Below, piece by piece: positions 1 to 9,945 of a DNA stretch of 64,000 bases. How positions within the stretch are numbered: position 1 is the first letter of the stretch; each line of letters begins with the position of its first letter. The stretch spans positions 2,400,001 through 2,464,000 of the forward strand of contig OZ243927.1 in NCBI GenBank assembly GCA_965213925.1, read 5' to 3'. The position numbers and the translations under genes are program-made. Source of the stretch: Trueperaceae bacterium (GTDB lineage Bacteria; Deinococcota; Deinococci; Deinococcales; Trueperaceae). Below the pieces are notes generated by a model. The model saw nothing but the letters and a program-made list of their open reading frames with translations. It did no database searches and had not been told where the DNA came from.

Positions 1-622
<622 letters not shown>

Positions 623-663
623 TGGTAAACCAAAGCTCTTATTATGATGTTACGATTAGCAAG

Positions 664-1305
664 ATGAGTTTGGAAACACAAAAATACTTGAGGATATTCG
701 TGCCTGGGGTTCTAATTTTACTTTTAGGAACTCCTCTTTTTTTAGAAAGCTTCGGTATAACCGATGTAAAATCCTTCCTTAGTTTTGAAAACGCTCTACT
801 AGTTCCGTTAGCAGTTGTTTTGGGCGTCTTTTACCACGTTTCTAGTGTAAGAAGCTTCGTTAAACAGATATTTACTCAAAAGACAGATAAGAAAATAGTT
901 GATAGATTGCTCTCAGTATCTGACGAATCTATTGAAGTAAGAAACGTAGCAAAATGGTGTAACGGTAAAACTGCTAACAGTATTTTTTACAATATCGTTG
1001 ATAATGACTCAAGTCTTTCGGAAAAGGTCAAGATAATACGTTTCAACGGAGTAATATGGACTTCATTTATTGACGCATCTACAATATGCTTCCTTTTCTC
1101 AGGTGTCTATCTAGGAAGCTATCAATTTGTCGAACGGTCTCACTTTATCACTCTTGCATTAGTGCTTTGGATAGCGAGCATCGTTTGCTTTCTTCTAATT
1201 TTCCCTACAGTCAATCGACATTTAGAGCTACAAGATGAGCAGATTGACGCCCTAATCGCAAATAAAAAGTCTGAGCTACTATCCAAGCTTCACGAGAACT
1301 TATGA
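664..1305 (+). CDS. Hypothetical 4-TM membrane protein (low GC)
   Basis: Two N-terminal and two C-terminal hydrophobic segments around a soluble loop; ATG 664 preferred because GTG 583 overlaps the pyr promoter. Confidence 0.75.
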   Translation: MSLETQKYLRIFVPGVLILLLGTPLFLESFGITDVKSFLSFENALLVPLAVVLGVFYHVSSVRSFVKQIFTQKTDKKIVDRLLSVSDESIEVRNVAKWCNGKTANSIFYNIVDNDSSLSEKVKIIRFNGVIWTSFIDASTICFLFSGVYLGSYQFVERSHFITLALVLWIASIVCFLLIFPTVNRHLELQDEQIDALIANKKSELLSKLHENL

Positions 1306-1327
1306 AGAAAAATAGCCTCTACACACT

Positions 1328-2368
1328 GTGATTTATGCTCTTCATGAAAAAACTATTCTTTTGATTCAAAAAGAGTATGTTGGCTCTTCTAACCCTTGGT
1401 ATTTAGGGTTCAGTGGAGGTAAAGATTCTTCTGCGCTGCTAAAGCTCGTTTTCACTGCTCTGCGAGAATTACCGGAAGTCTATAAACCGATAACCCTTAT
1501 CTACGTAGATACAGGCGTAGAAATCCCGCTTATTCGTGACCTTGTTATTGAAACTGTAAATGGCGTTCTGGAAGAGTCTGCGACTCATAATATTCCTGTG
1601 AAAGTAGAAATCGCAACACCAAAGCTTGAAGACCGCTTTTTCGTCAAGGTCATAGGAAGAGGTTATCCGCCTCCGACTAATAAATTTAGGTGGTGTACGG
1701 ATAGGCTACGTATTAACCCTGTTAAGAGAGTTTTAGATTCGGTCAAGGAAAAGCAAAGTCTTATACTGCTGGGCATAAGACACGGCGAAAGTAAGGAGCG
1801 AGACAGGACAATAGAGCGCCACAAGCAAGACAAAGAGTTTTATTTTCGGCAGGCGAACAACCGAAATACGCTTATATTCAGCCCTATTGTTGAGTATAGT
1901 ACGAAAGATATCTGGACAACGCTTGCACTTCTTACTGAGCCTGTTAGCTTAAATGCTATACGCTTGTTTGAACTTTATACAGAGGCTAGTGGTGAGTGTC
2001 CGACAGTTCGTGATCCGAAAGGTACTCCATGCGGAAAAGGAAGATTCGGGTGCTGGACGTGTACGGTAGTGCGAAAAGACCGTGCAGTTACGAGTATGGT
2101 GAAAGAGGGGCATCATAGCCTAGCCCCTTTGCTCGAATTTCGAAATTGGCTAGCCGAAATTAGAGATTTGCCTCAGTACCGATGTAAGGTGCGGCGTAAT
2201 GGACAACGCGGTCTAGGTCCGCTGACCCTCGCTGCTAGAAAAGAGACTCTTGCTAAACTACTTCACGCACAAATCGTTAGCCGCTACAAGCTAATAGATG
2301 GGGAAGAACTTTTGCTAATCGAAGAGCTTTGGAAGAAAGATGTAAACTCGACATCTTATCGTGAGTAA
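1328..2368 (+). CDS. DndC-like PAPS-reductase-family (PP-loop, Fe-S) protein
   Basis: FSGGKDS, VDTGVE, GRGYPPP..FRWCTDRLRINP, ECP..PCG..RFGCWTCT; the original start may be ATG 1302 with a 1-nt deletion. Confidence 0.85.
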   Translation: MIYALHEKTILLIQKEYVGSSNPWYLGFSGGKDSSALLKLVFTALRELPEVYKPITLIYVDTGVEIPLIRDLVIETVNGVLEESATHNIPVKVEIATPKLEDRFFVKVIGRGYPPPTNKFRWCTDRLRINPVKRVLDSVKEKQSLILLGIRHGESKERDRTIERHKQDKEFYFRQANNRNTLIFSPIVEYSTKDIWTTLALLTEPVSLNAIRLFELYTEASGECPTVRDPKGTPCGKGRFGCWTCTVVRKDRAVTSMVKEGHHSLAPLLEFRNWLAEIRDLPQYRCKVRRNGQRGLGPLTLAARKETLAKLLHAQIVSRYKLIDGEELLLIEELWKKDVNSTSYRE

Positions 2369-2378
2369 TGCGAAAAGT

Positions 2379-2687
2379 ATGATTGCGCTTCTCAACCAAA
2401 ACCGCCCCGCCCTCGAGCACCTCTGCCGCCAATTCTTCGTAGAGCGCCTAGAGGTTTTCGGCTCTGCCACAACGACCTCTTTTGACCTCGAGCACAGCGA
2501 CCTAGACTTTTTGGTGCGCTTTCAGCAGCCTGCCCCCATAAACCTCTCCGACCAGTATTTCGGACTCGCAGAAGGATTAGAGGCGCTCTTTGGTCGTAAG
2601 ATTGACTTAGTGATGGAGGGGGCGCTTAAAAATCCTTACTTTATCGAGAGCGTGAATGAGACGAGAGAACTACTCTATGCAGCGTAG
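2379..2687 (+). CDS. Minimal nucleotidyltransferase (MntA-type antitoxin)
   Basis: VFGS....SDLDFLV and GRKIDLV motifs; alternative start GTG 2361. Confidence 0.9.
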   Translation: MIALLNQNRPALEHLCRQFFVERLEVFGSATTTSFDLEHSDLDFLVRFQQPAPINLSDQYFGLAEGLEALFGRKIDLVMEGALKNPYFIESVNETRELLYAA

Positions 2688-3076
2688 AACGCTCAAAATG
2701 TTAGAGGACATCAGAGATGCGGCGGCGTTTATTCTTGAGCAAACGAGGAATGTGTCCCTAACGGACTTATAGACAAGACCGCCTTTTGCGTCAAGCTGTC
2801 GAGCGTAACTTTGAAATCATCGGTGAGGCGATTCGCCGTTTGCGAGACCATGACCCCAAGGTGGCGAACAAAATAGGCGAATCGGGGCGTATCATCTCAT
2901 TTCGCAACACGCTTATTCACGGCTACGATTTGATAGATGACGCTCTGGTGTGGGATGTGGTGGAGAATAAACTTCCTGTACTACTTCATGAGGTCGAAGC
3001 GTTGATGCAAAGTTAAGAGACTAACGTTTTGAAGTTGTCACCGCGCTTCTCAACCAGAACTGCCCCGCCCTCGAGC
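2385..3076 (+). repeat. 34-bp direct repeat flanking the MNT-HEPN module (2385-2418 and 3043-3076)
   Basis: gcgcttctcaacca(a/g)aac(c/t)gccccgccctcgagc, 2 mismatches. Confidence 0.85.
2677..3016 (+). pseudogene. HEPN/DUF86 (HepT-type) RNase toxin, +1 frameshift near 2767
   Basis: ATG 2677 MQRRTLKMLEDIRDA...TD, then an extra T; removing it gives YRQDRLLRQAVERNFEIIGEA...FRNTLIHGY (RxxxxH). Confidence 0.85.
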
Positions 3077-3767
3077 CTCATTCTACAAAGCCAGCCAAGT
3101 ACATCCGTAGAAACCAGATAGACTGAACCTCATGAGGTTTACCGAAGCAGAACTTCGCGCAGCAGGGCTGTCAGAAGAGGAAATCGGGGCTATAAAAAGG
3201 CAGCATCTAGGCGGCACATCTGGCGGTGAAGGGCTTCGCTACGAAGAGGAATACGCGGTTTATCGGCTCATCACTGCTATGTTTGACTATATTGAGCAAG
3301 GCAGAGATTTTGGCGTTCTTCTTCAGGATATGTGTCCGGTTGATGACGTAGTGATTGACGCGGAGACTCGAGAATACTGCCAACTCAAGACGGGAGCTGC
3401 GGAAACGTGGGGCGCGAACTCCAGCAAATTAGAGAGGCAATTCAAGCTGCAAAAGAGGCTTTGCGAGGCTAGAGGTGACTCAGCATTTCTACTAAGGTTG
3501 GTCACGCCGCATGAGGAGCGCTACAAGAGCTTCAACGAAAACTTGCCCGCAGAGCTTAAACGCTGCACGGAAATAACGCTTTTTAGGCAGTTGGGGGGGC
3601 GCAGGGAGATGTGGTCCGAAACGAGTCCTTGCTACGAAGAACTCCGCGAACTCTGCGCGTATGAACCGGACAGCCCTTCGCACCGAGAGGTCGTCGTGGC
3701 GCTTTTCTATGACCGGCTTCAAGCAACGTCGCCCGGCGAATGGTATCTGAGCGCGATTTCTGACTAT

Positions 3768-3997
3768 TACACTGTCAACTAAGTATTGCTACCTCTTGTA
3801 TGTCACCCTGAGCCGAAGGCGTAAGGGTCTCGTTTGGTTACTGCCAAAACTTTGTAACTCGCATCTCGGCTGGTTGGGAATGAAAGACGAGATTCTTTCA
3901 TCGTTCATCCCCGAAAGGGGGCTCCACGGAGCCTGTCCTGAGCTTGCCGAAGGGTTGCGTTCAAAATGACATCACTCATTTTTTACTTGACGGTGTA
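3768..3997. mobile_element. MITE family A (230 bp)
   Basis: TIR tacactgtcaactaa / ttacttgacggtgta, CTAT on both sides, internal REP-like palindromes (tgtcaccctgagc...aaaatgaca; cctgtcctgagcttgccgaagg). Confidence 0.85.
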
Positions 3998-4145
3998 CTA
4001 TCTCAAAAGCAATGAAGATTTAGCCTTCGCTGTTCCGATGGTACTTAGCGACGTTGAGCCTCCGCCTCGGTGGGAAGAAGCCGTCGCAACTGCTGAGCGC
4101 ATTTCGGGCTTGACGCTACACATCAATGGTGATTTCTGCTACTAT

Positions 4146-4256
4146 TAGCAGGTATCATCTGGTTTGAGACACTCTCACTCTAAAAAACAGCGTCTAGCAC
4201 ACACGTTATGAGATGATACCTGCGGCATTCTCTCTCAGTATGTTGCGGAACTGCTA
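4146..4256. mobile_element. MITE family B (111 bp)
   Basis: TAGCAG...CTGCTA ends, CTAT on both sides, internal IR gcaggtatcatct/agatgatacctgc; homolog at 49180. Confidence 0.85.
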
Positions 4257-4394
4257 CTATAGTTACATTTACAATTCGGGCGCTTTTGATAGCGGAGCCA
4301 TCGGAAGAGTAGGGAGTGACAGGCTTCACAGGTTTTTGGACAGAATCGTGAATACTAAACCTGGTGTTATAGATGAGTTTTGGGAGCAACTGCT

Positions 4395-4921
4395 ATGAAC
4401 AGAACTATATCTGAGATGGTCACACCTAGAGCGGAAGATAGCCTCAACGAACTCTTGAACGCCAAGGGCGACGTACCCCACTATCAAAAAGCGATGACAG
4501 CGCTCGGTCAGGAGTTGGGGAGGCACATCTCGAGCCAACTCTTAGAAACCTCTTCTGTTTGTTTAGTATTCACCGTAGAAGATGCCGACTTCTTGGCGCG
4601 TGGTCTCTTAAAAAGCATCTCAGGAGTAGTTGACGCGGATAATATTCATGTTGTTTGCTTTTGGAACAAGCGTGAGCAATTGGGCGGCGTGAGCGTCGCT
4701 CCTATCATTCGCCGCTACATCGAGCCCTTTGACAAGGTGGACGCCGTCATCGTGCTCAAGTCAATCATCTCGAGTTCATGCGTTGTCAGAACGAATCTGA
4801 TGGAGATATTAAGCAAAGCGGAGCCAGAAAGGGTCTTCGTTACGGCTCCAGTTATGTTTGTAGGTTCTACTAAAATGTTGGAGCAAGAGTTTTCGGCGGA
4901 TATCGCTTCGAAGTTTGAGTA
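4395..4921 (+). pseudogene. UPRTase-like phosphoribosyltransferase-fold protein, N-terminal part
   Basis: ATG overlaps the nuclease TGA; TVEDADFLA, VCFWN, KSIISSSCVV, APVM; cut by IS982 after KFE. Confidence 0.75.
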
Positions 4922-5913
4922 ACCTAAGTTCGGAGTTTCCAAATAGCATAAGCATCTCCTAGAATGAGGGTGTTGAAGGCTCAAAAAAGGAGATGCTTAG
5001 GATGAGTTTACTAGAATTGTTCTGCGAGGTGGATGACTTCTGCAGAGGCTTCGCGCTCTGGGCACATAAACAGCAGCTTGCTGAGAGTAGAAAGCGTGGT
5101 CCTAAGTGCCGCTTGAGCGTAAGCGAAGTGATGACGATCATGATTCACTTTCACAGTTCAGGCTACCGAGACTTCAAGAGCCACTACCAGAAACACGTGT
5201 GCAAGCAGCTTAAAGGTGAGTTTCCAGCACTGGTATCGTACTCGCGCTTTGTAGAACTGACCTCAGAGGTTTTGCTGCCGCTTTGCGCCTATCTGCGAGC
5301 GAGTATAGGTGAAGTAACAGGTATCAGCTTTGTAGATAGCACGCATGTGGCAGTGCGCCACAACAAACGTATTGAACGCAACAAGGTCTTTGCAGGCTTA
5401 GCAGCGCGTGGCTGTACCGGCATGGGTTGGTTCTATGGTTTCGAGCTGCATCTCATCATCAACGATAAGGGTGAACTGCTCGCCGTCTATCTAACGCCTG
5501 GCGATACGGATGATCGCAAGCCGCTCGGTGTACTTACGCAAAACCTGTTCGGTAAGCTTTTCGGTGACAAGGGTTATCTCTCACAAGACCTCTTCGAAAA
5601 GTTCTTTGAGCAAGGCATAGAACTCATCACGACCATCCGCAAGAACATGAAAAGCGCGCTGAAGCTTGAGGACAAGATTCTCCTGCGCAAGCGGTTCATC
5701 ACCGTTCGTCCAGCTTGACTGGATCGAAACGGTGAACGATCAGCTCAAGAATATCTCGCAGATTGAGCACACCAGACACCGAAAGCCTGCTAACTTTGCT
5801 GTCAATCTCATCGCTGGACTCATCGCCTATCAGCACCAGCCCAAGAAGCCTTCGCTGAATCTGGGAGCTGACATTGACCCTCTCCCTGTCCTGATTTGAC
5901 TTCGAACTTAGGT
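4922..5913 (+). mobile_element. IS982-family element, copy 1
   Basis: TIR ACCTAAGTTCG / CGAACTTAGGT; near-identical to 31682-32673. Confidence 0.92.
4993..5899 (+). pseudogene. IS982 transposase with a 22-nt frameshifting insertion (5701-5722)
   Basis: FVDST, GWFYGFELH, GDKGY motifs; [14 protein letters not shown] split into two frames. Confidence 0.85.
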
Positions 5914-5937
5914 TACATAATGATAGGCGCCTTACTT

Positions 5938-6820
5938 ACGCCAATTCGGAAAAGATTTGACAGCGGGAGAAGTGAGGGTTGCAATGATGTATGCGCAAAA
6001 TCCCAACCCTCGAAGAGATTATACAAGCCGTCGAACGTTTACCCCTCAAGAAGCGTAGAAAAGCCCCTCAAGGACGTGCTCCTGTTTTTCCAGACTCGTT
6101 CATCATCGCCTTAGCGGTCTATCAGAAGCTGTCGAGTTTTCGCTATAGCCGGAAGATGCTTGAAGTTGCTGCATCGTTCGGCGTGGACGTACCTGTACCC
6201 TCAACGTTTTGTGAGCGTAAGCGCCTCCTGATAGGACAGATTATTCTCGCGGTTAAACAGCTTTGCACCGGGCATAACACGACGAAACAGCACCTCGACT
6301 CGAAGAAACTAGAAGTAGTAGATTTTGCCCGTGCTAAAAGGACCAAGCTTGCGGGCAGTTATGGGCGTGACCACGTCCATAACACCACCTTCTATGGCTT
6401 TCGGCTTCATGCGCGTGTGGACGATACAGGCAGACTCTGTGAGGTACTGCTGCGAGGCGCGAACGAACATGATGTTAAGGTCGCGCCTCGCCTACTAGAC
6501 AAACTCACTTACGCCATTGTAACCGCCGATAAAGGCTATATCAGCTCCGAGCTTAAAGCCGACGTTGCCTCCCAAGCGGTTGACCTTATAACCCCGCGCC
6601 GCAGCAACCAGCTACCCCCGCCCAAGCGTGAGCAGAGGCTTTACCAAGGACACCGCATCGTTGAGTCGGTCTTCTCGTCCTTGGATAGACTTGGACTCTC
6701 TGACAGACCCTACCGCTCGACGGTGGGCTGCATCCTGCACGTTTACACCACCTTGCTCGCTTACCAACTCAGCCGTTTAGGGGCATTTGAGCTTTGAATT
6801 TCCCTTTTCCGAATTGGGGT
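5938..6820 (+). mobile_element. Second, distinct IS982-like element
   Basis: 17-bp TIR ac(g/c)ccaattcggaaaag; 6-bp TSD TTACTT (5932-5937, 6821-6826). Confidence 0.9.
5991..6797 (+). CDS. DDE transposase (IS982-like), apparently intact
   Basis: HLDS, FYGFRLH, ANEHD, ADKGY, RIVESVFS. Confidence 0.88.
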   Translation: MRKIPTLEEIIQAVERLPLKKRRKAPQGRAPVFPDSFIIALAVYQKLSSFRYSRKMLEVAASFGVDVPVPSTFCERKRLLIGQIILAVKQLCTGHNTTKQHLDSKKLEVVDFARAKRTKLAGSYGRDHVHNTTFYGFRLHARVDDTGRLCEVLLRGANEHDVKVAPRLLDKLTYAIVTADKGYISSELKADVASQAVDLITPRRSNQLPPPKREQRLYQGHRIVESVFSSLDRLGLSDRPYRSTVGCILHVYTTLLAYQLSRLGAFEL

Positions 6821-6920
6821 TTACTTTATTATATTCACAAAGCCTTAACTATGAAGCGAGCAGCAGACCCTTGAGGACAGCGTAGCTTCAGCTTTAGGGG
6901 GCTGCAAGAAAGGAGAAGAC

Positions 6921-7085
6921 GTGAGCGACGCAGAACTCCGAAAATTGCATCAGCATTTGCGTAAGGCGTCACAGAAAACGGCGGGGCTTAGTGTAAAGAC
7001 GTTCCCGGAGATGATGACGATGCTCGCGCTGCGGCGCGAACTGAGCCGCGCGCTCAGCGTTGTTGAGCGGAGCATGAAAGATTGA
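6921..7085 (+). CDS. Small hypothetical protein (54 aa)
   Basis: AAGGAG RBS, GTG start, MSDAELRKLHQHLRK...SMKD. Confidence 0.45.
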   Translation: MSDAELRKLHQHLRKASQKTAGLSVKTFPEMMTMLALRRELSRALSVVERSMKD

Positions 7086-7207
7086 CGCGCTGGCGTTCGT
7101 GAGAGGGCTCGATATTTCGAATCTTTACACAGTGGTCGCCTCGCGCGGTGACGCCCTTCAGTTTTTCTGGTGTAAATAAATGGTGCCGAGGCGCTGACGA
7201 GCCACTT

Positions 7208-7393
7208 TCACTTAGGCTTGTTGTCCGTTTCTTTAGGCTTATTGCCCCGGCGAAACATGTAGAACGTCGCGCCTACGCCCCCTAGCAAGCTGAGCCCCAA
7301 GCTCCAGAAAAGGGGCGTGCCGAAAGCGAGAAGGCCGATAAAGAGGAGCGCCGTTGCGCCGATTCCCCAAAGCATCGCGTCTTCAAAATCCAT
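7208..7393 (-). CDS. Small 2-TM membrane protein
   Basis: Two hydrophobic segments and a basic tail. Confidence 0.6.
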   Translation of the reverse strand: MDFEDAMLWGIGATALLFIGLLAFGTPLFWSLGLSLLGGVGATFYMFRRGNKPKETDNKPK

Positions 7394-7600
7394 AGTTCCA
7401 TGCTGCTAGGAAAAGAGAGGCGTTGCAAGTGAAGGTACTACATTTATGAAGACATAGTTTATGAAGACATACGGACCCCACTTCACTCCCTATCACTGAG
7501 AGAAGGCCTCGACGACGTAATTCGATTTTGCAAGACGGCGAGTAACCGAGCACGCTACAAGATATTGACATTCCTGTGTTAAGAAGCTCACTATAGGGGT

Positions 7601-8392
7601 ATGAATCAGCGTCAGATTGACCTTGCCCTGCTCGCCGGAATCGGCGTTCTGCTCGTCGCCATCCTCGTGCTCGCCTTGAGCGCCGCGCCTATGCGGGGCG
7701 GCTCGGCGGAAGACCCGCCTAACGCGGAGCAGACATCGAACGACGCCGCGAATCCTTCTGGAAATCCGGCGGAAAACCAAGCGGAGCAAGGGGAAGCCGC
7801 GCAGAATCAGCCCTCGGAAGAGGTGAGCGCCGTGGACGTGACGCCCGAGGAAACGAGCGCCGCTGAGGGTGTGTCCGTAGAGAACGCGGAGGACGACGCG
7901 GCGCAAACGGCTGAAGGCGACGCTGCCGAGAGCGCCGCACCCTCGGAGGGAGAAGGAGGGGGCGAAGCGGACGCCGAGGGTGCGTCAGATGCAGAGGCGA
8001 ATACCGCGGATACTGAGGCGGGCACGGAGGGCGCGCAAGCGGGCGAAGAGGCGGCGGCTCCCGTAGAGGGGGCGCAAGCTACCCCGACTGGAGCGGTCAA
8101 CTTGAGCCGCGTCGGTTTCGCGTTCATCACCGCCGAGTCGGGCGCGTGCAGCATCCCCTTACAGCCCTGGCGTCAGGTCGCAGTGAGCCGCGACCTCTTG
8201 GCACAGTACGGCTGCGGCGCGACGGTCACGCTCGACTTAGCTGACACCGTCAACGGCACACAGCAAGTTACCGCGCAGATCGCCGACACGATGAACCCGA
8301 GTTTCGAACGCACCGTGAATATCTTTGTTGGGGAGGAGGAGCCGGCGCTCGAGTACGGCATCACTACCGGCACCCTGCAAGGTGGGCCATAA
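7601..8392 (+). CDS. Membrane-anchored protein with acidic linker and C-terminal 3D/DPBB-like domain
   Basis: N-terminal TM; QVAVSRDLL...IADTMNP...TVNIF. Confidence 0.7.
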   Translation: MNQRQIDLALLAGIGVLLVAILVLALSAAPMRGGSAEDPPNAEQTSNDAANPSGNPAENQAEQGEAAQNQPSEEVSAVDVTPEETSAAEGVSVENAEDDAAQTAEGDAAESAAPSEGEGGGEADAEGASDAEANTADTEAGTEGAQAGEEAAAPVEGAQATPTGAVNLSRVGFAFITAESGACSIPLQPWRQVAVSRDLLAQYGCGATVTLDLADTVNGTQQVTAQIADTMNPSFERTVNIFVGEEEPALEYGITTGTLQGGP

Positions 8393-8498
8393 GTTGAACC
8401 TCCACGTGTTTATGTACGAGTAGCTTTACGAAAGTTGAGAGGACTGAGGTAAAAGTTTTCTCTTAGTCCTCAGTCCTTTCCTCTTGTATTCTGTTCCT

Positions 8499-8828
8499 AT
8501 GCGCCGCTTCACCGCTCAAGGAACCAACACGGGCTTCGCCTGCGTCCACTGCGGCCGCGACGTGCCGCCCCTCGCGAACGGCTCGTACCGCAACCACTGC
8601 CCGCACTGCCTCTACTCGCTTCACGTCGACGTTTTCCCCGGCGACAGGGCGAGCGACTGCGGCGGCGTGTTGGAGCCCGTGAGCGTGGATTACAGCGGCA
8701 AAAAAGGCTGGGTCATCGTTCACCACTGCCAGACGTGCGGCGAGGTGCGGCGCAACAAAGCCGCGCTCGGTGACGCGGCAATGCCCGACGATTACGACGT
8801 GATTTTGGAGCTTAGTCAGCGAGCTTAG
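8499..8828 (+). CDS. RNHCP domain protein
   Basis: CxxC, YRNHCPHCLYSLHVD.PGDR. Confidence 0.9.
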   Translation: MRRFTAQGTNTGFACVHCGRDVPPLANGSYRNHCPHCLYSLHVDVFPGDRASDCGGVLEPVSVDYSGKKGWVIVHHCQTCGEVRRNKAALGDAAMPDDYDVILELSQRA

Positions 8829-8908
8829 CGAGGTACACAGACGAGGTATCTGAACGGCGTGGTTTTAAGCTGGTACCTAATCGCTCGCCCCTTTCGAAAG
8901 GACCCCTT

Positions 8909-9700
8909 ATGGCTTACGCACCGCCGGACGTCGAGACGCTCGAGCTGACCCACCAAGACGCCGCCCTGCGAATCACCCTCAACCGCCCCGACGTGCTCAA
9001 CGCCCTCTCGCTAGACCTCTTAGGTGAACTGCGAGACGCGCTGCAAGAGGCGGCGGCGGCGGACGACGTTCGCGCCGTTCTCTTGACGGGCGCAGGGCGC
9101 GGCTTCTCGGCGGGCGCGGACCTCGCCTCGACGCCCGTAGACGGAAACTTCGAAGACCTCATCGAAACTTACTACAACCCCGTCGTTCGGGCTATCGCGA
9201 CGATGCCTAAGCCCGTTATCGCGGGCGTCAACGGCGTGGCGGCGGGCGCGGGAATGTCTTTAGCGCTCGCATGTGACACGCGCTTACTTTCATCCGCGGC
9301 CGCCTTCGCCGTCGGGTTCACGGGCATCGGCTTGGTCATGGACGCCTCGGCGAGCTACTTTTTGCCGCGCCTAGTCGGCCGGGGACGCGCCTTCGAACTG
9401 ACCTACACCGGGCGAAAGGTGGGAGCAGAGGAGGCGCTAAATCTAGGCTTAGCCGAGCAAATCGTTCCGGCTGAGGACTTCGCGGAGACCGCCTGGGCGC
9501 TGACCCGGCGTTTGGCGCAGGGACCCACCAAGGCGTTCGCGCTGGTCAAAGAGGAGATCAACGCCTCGGCGCATCACGACTTAGAGGCGCAGCTCGGGCT
9601 CGAGGCGAAACTCCAAGAAGTCGCCTCGAACACCGCCGACGTGCGCGAAGGGGTCGCCGCGTTTAGAGAGAAACGCGCGCCGAACTTCAAGGGTGAATAG
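8909..9700 (+). CDS. Enoyl-CoA hydratase/isomerase (PaaG-like)
   Basis: GRGFSAGADL, NGVAAGAG, EGVAAFREKR. Confidence 0.88.
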   Translation: MAYAPPDVETLELTHQDAALRITLNRPDVLNALSLDLLGELRDALQEAAAADDVRAVLLTGAGRGFSAGADLASTPVDGNFEDLIETYYNPVVRAIATMPKPVIAGVNGVAAGAGMSLALACDTRLLSSAAAFAVGFTGIGLVMDASASYFLPRLVGRGRAFELTYTGRKVGAEEALNLGLAEQIVPAEDFAETAWALTRRLAQGPTKAFALVKEEINASAHHDLEAQLGLEAKLQEVASNTADVREGVAAFREKRAPNFKGE

Positions 9701-9716
9701 CGTTTGAGCATATTAG

Positions 9717-9931
9717 TACACCGTTGATCAAGTTTCGCAACACTGTTGTCACCCCGTTCACGTAGTCGGGCGTAGCCTTGCGAAGCGAAGCGCAGTCGAG
9801 GGGTCTCGCCTCGCAATCTCTCACGGAGGAGAAGGCGAATGCAGAGATTCTTTCACTCCACAGCCTGCCCTGAGCAAAGTCGAATGGGTTACGTTCAGAA
9901 TGACATTACTCATTCTTTAATTAACAGAGTA
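9717..9931. mobile_element. MITE family A, diverged copy
   Basis: tacaccgttga...ttaacagagta ends; shares gggtctcg, gagattctttca, agcctg.cctgagc and gttca.aatgacat.actcatt with 3768-3997. Confidence 0.75.
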
Positions 9932-9945
9932 GTTAGTATGGCGCG

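Larger units (their letters stand above)
3132..4398 (+). pseudogene. PD-(D/E)xK nuclease (Cap4/DUF4297-like N-terminus), interrupted by two MITEs; reconstructs to 305 aa
   Basis: GG..G..Y, CPVDDVV, YCQLK motifs; segments 3132-3767, 4002-4145 and 4261-4398 join in frame after removing the MITEs and one TSD copy each. Confidence 0.8.

Noticed and set aside
1328..2368. Calling this cysH or a complete Dnd phosphorothioation system
   Set aside because: Motifs are DndC-type rather than CysH-type, and no partner dnd genes are in the window
3966..4398. ORFs 3966-4148 and 4213-4398 as separate genes
   Set aside because: Their starts lie inside MITEs; they are fragments of the nuclease gene
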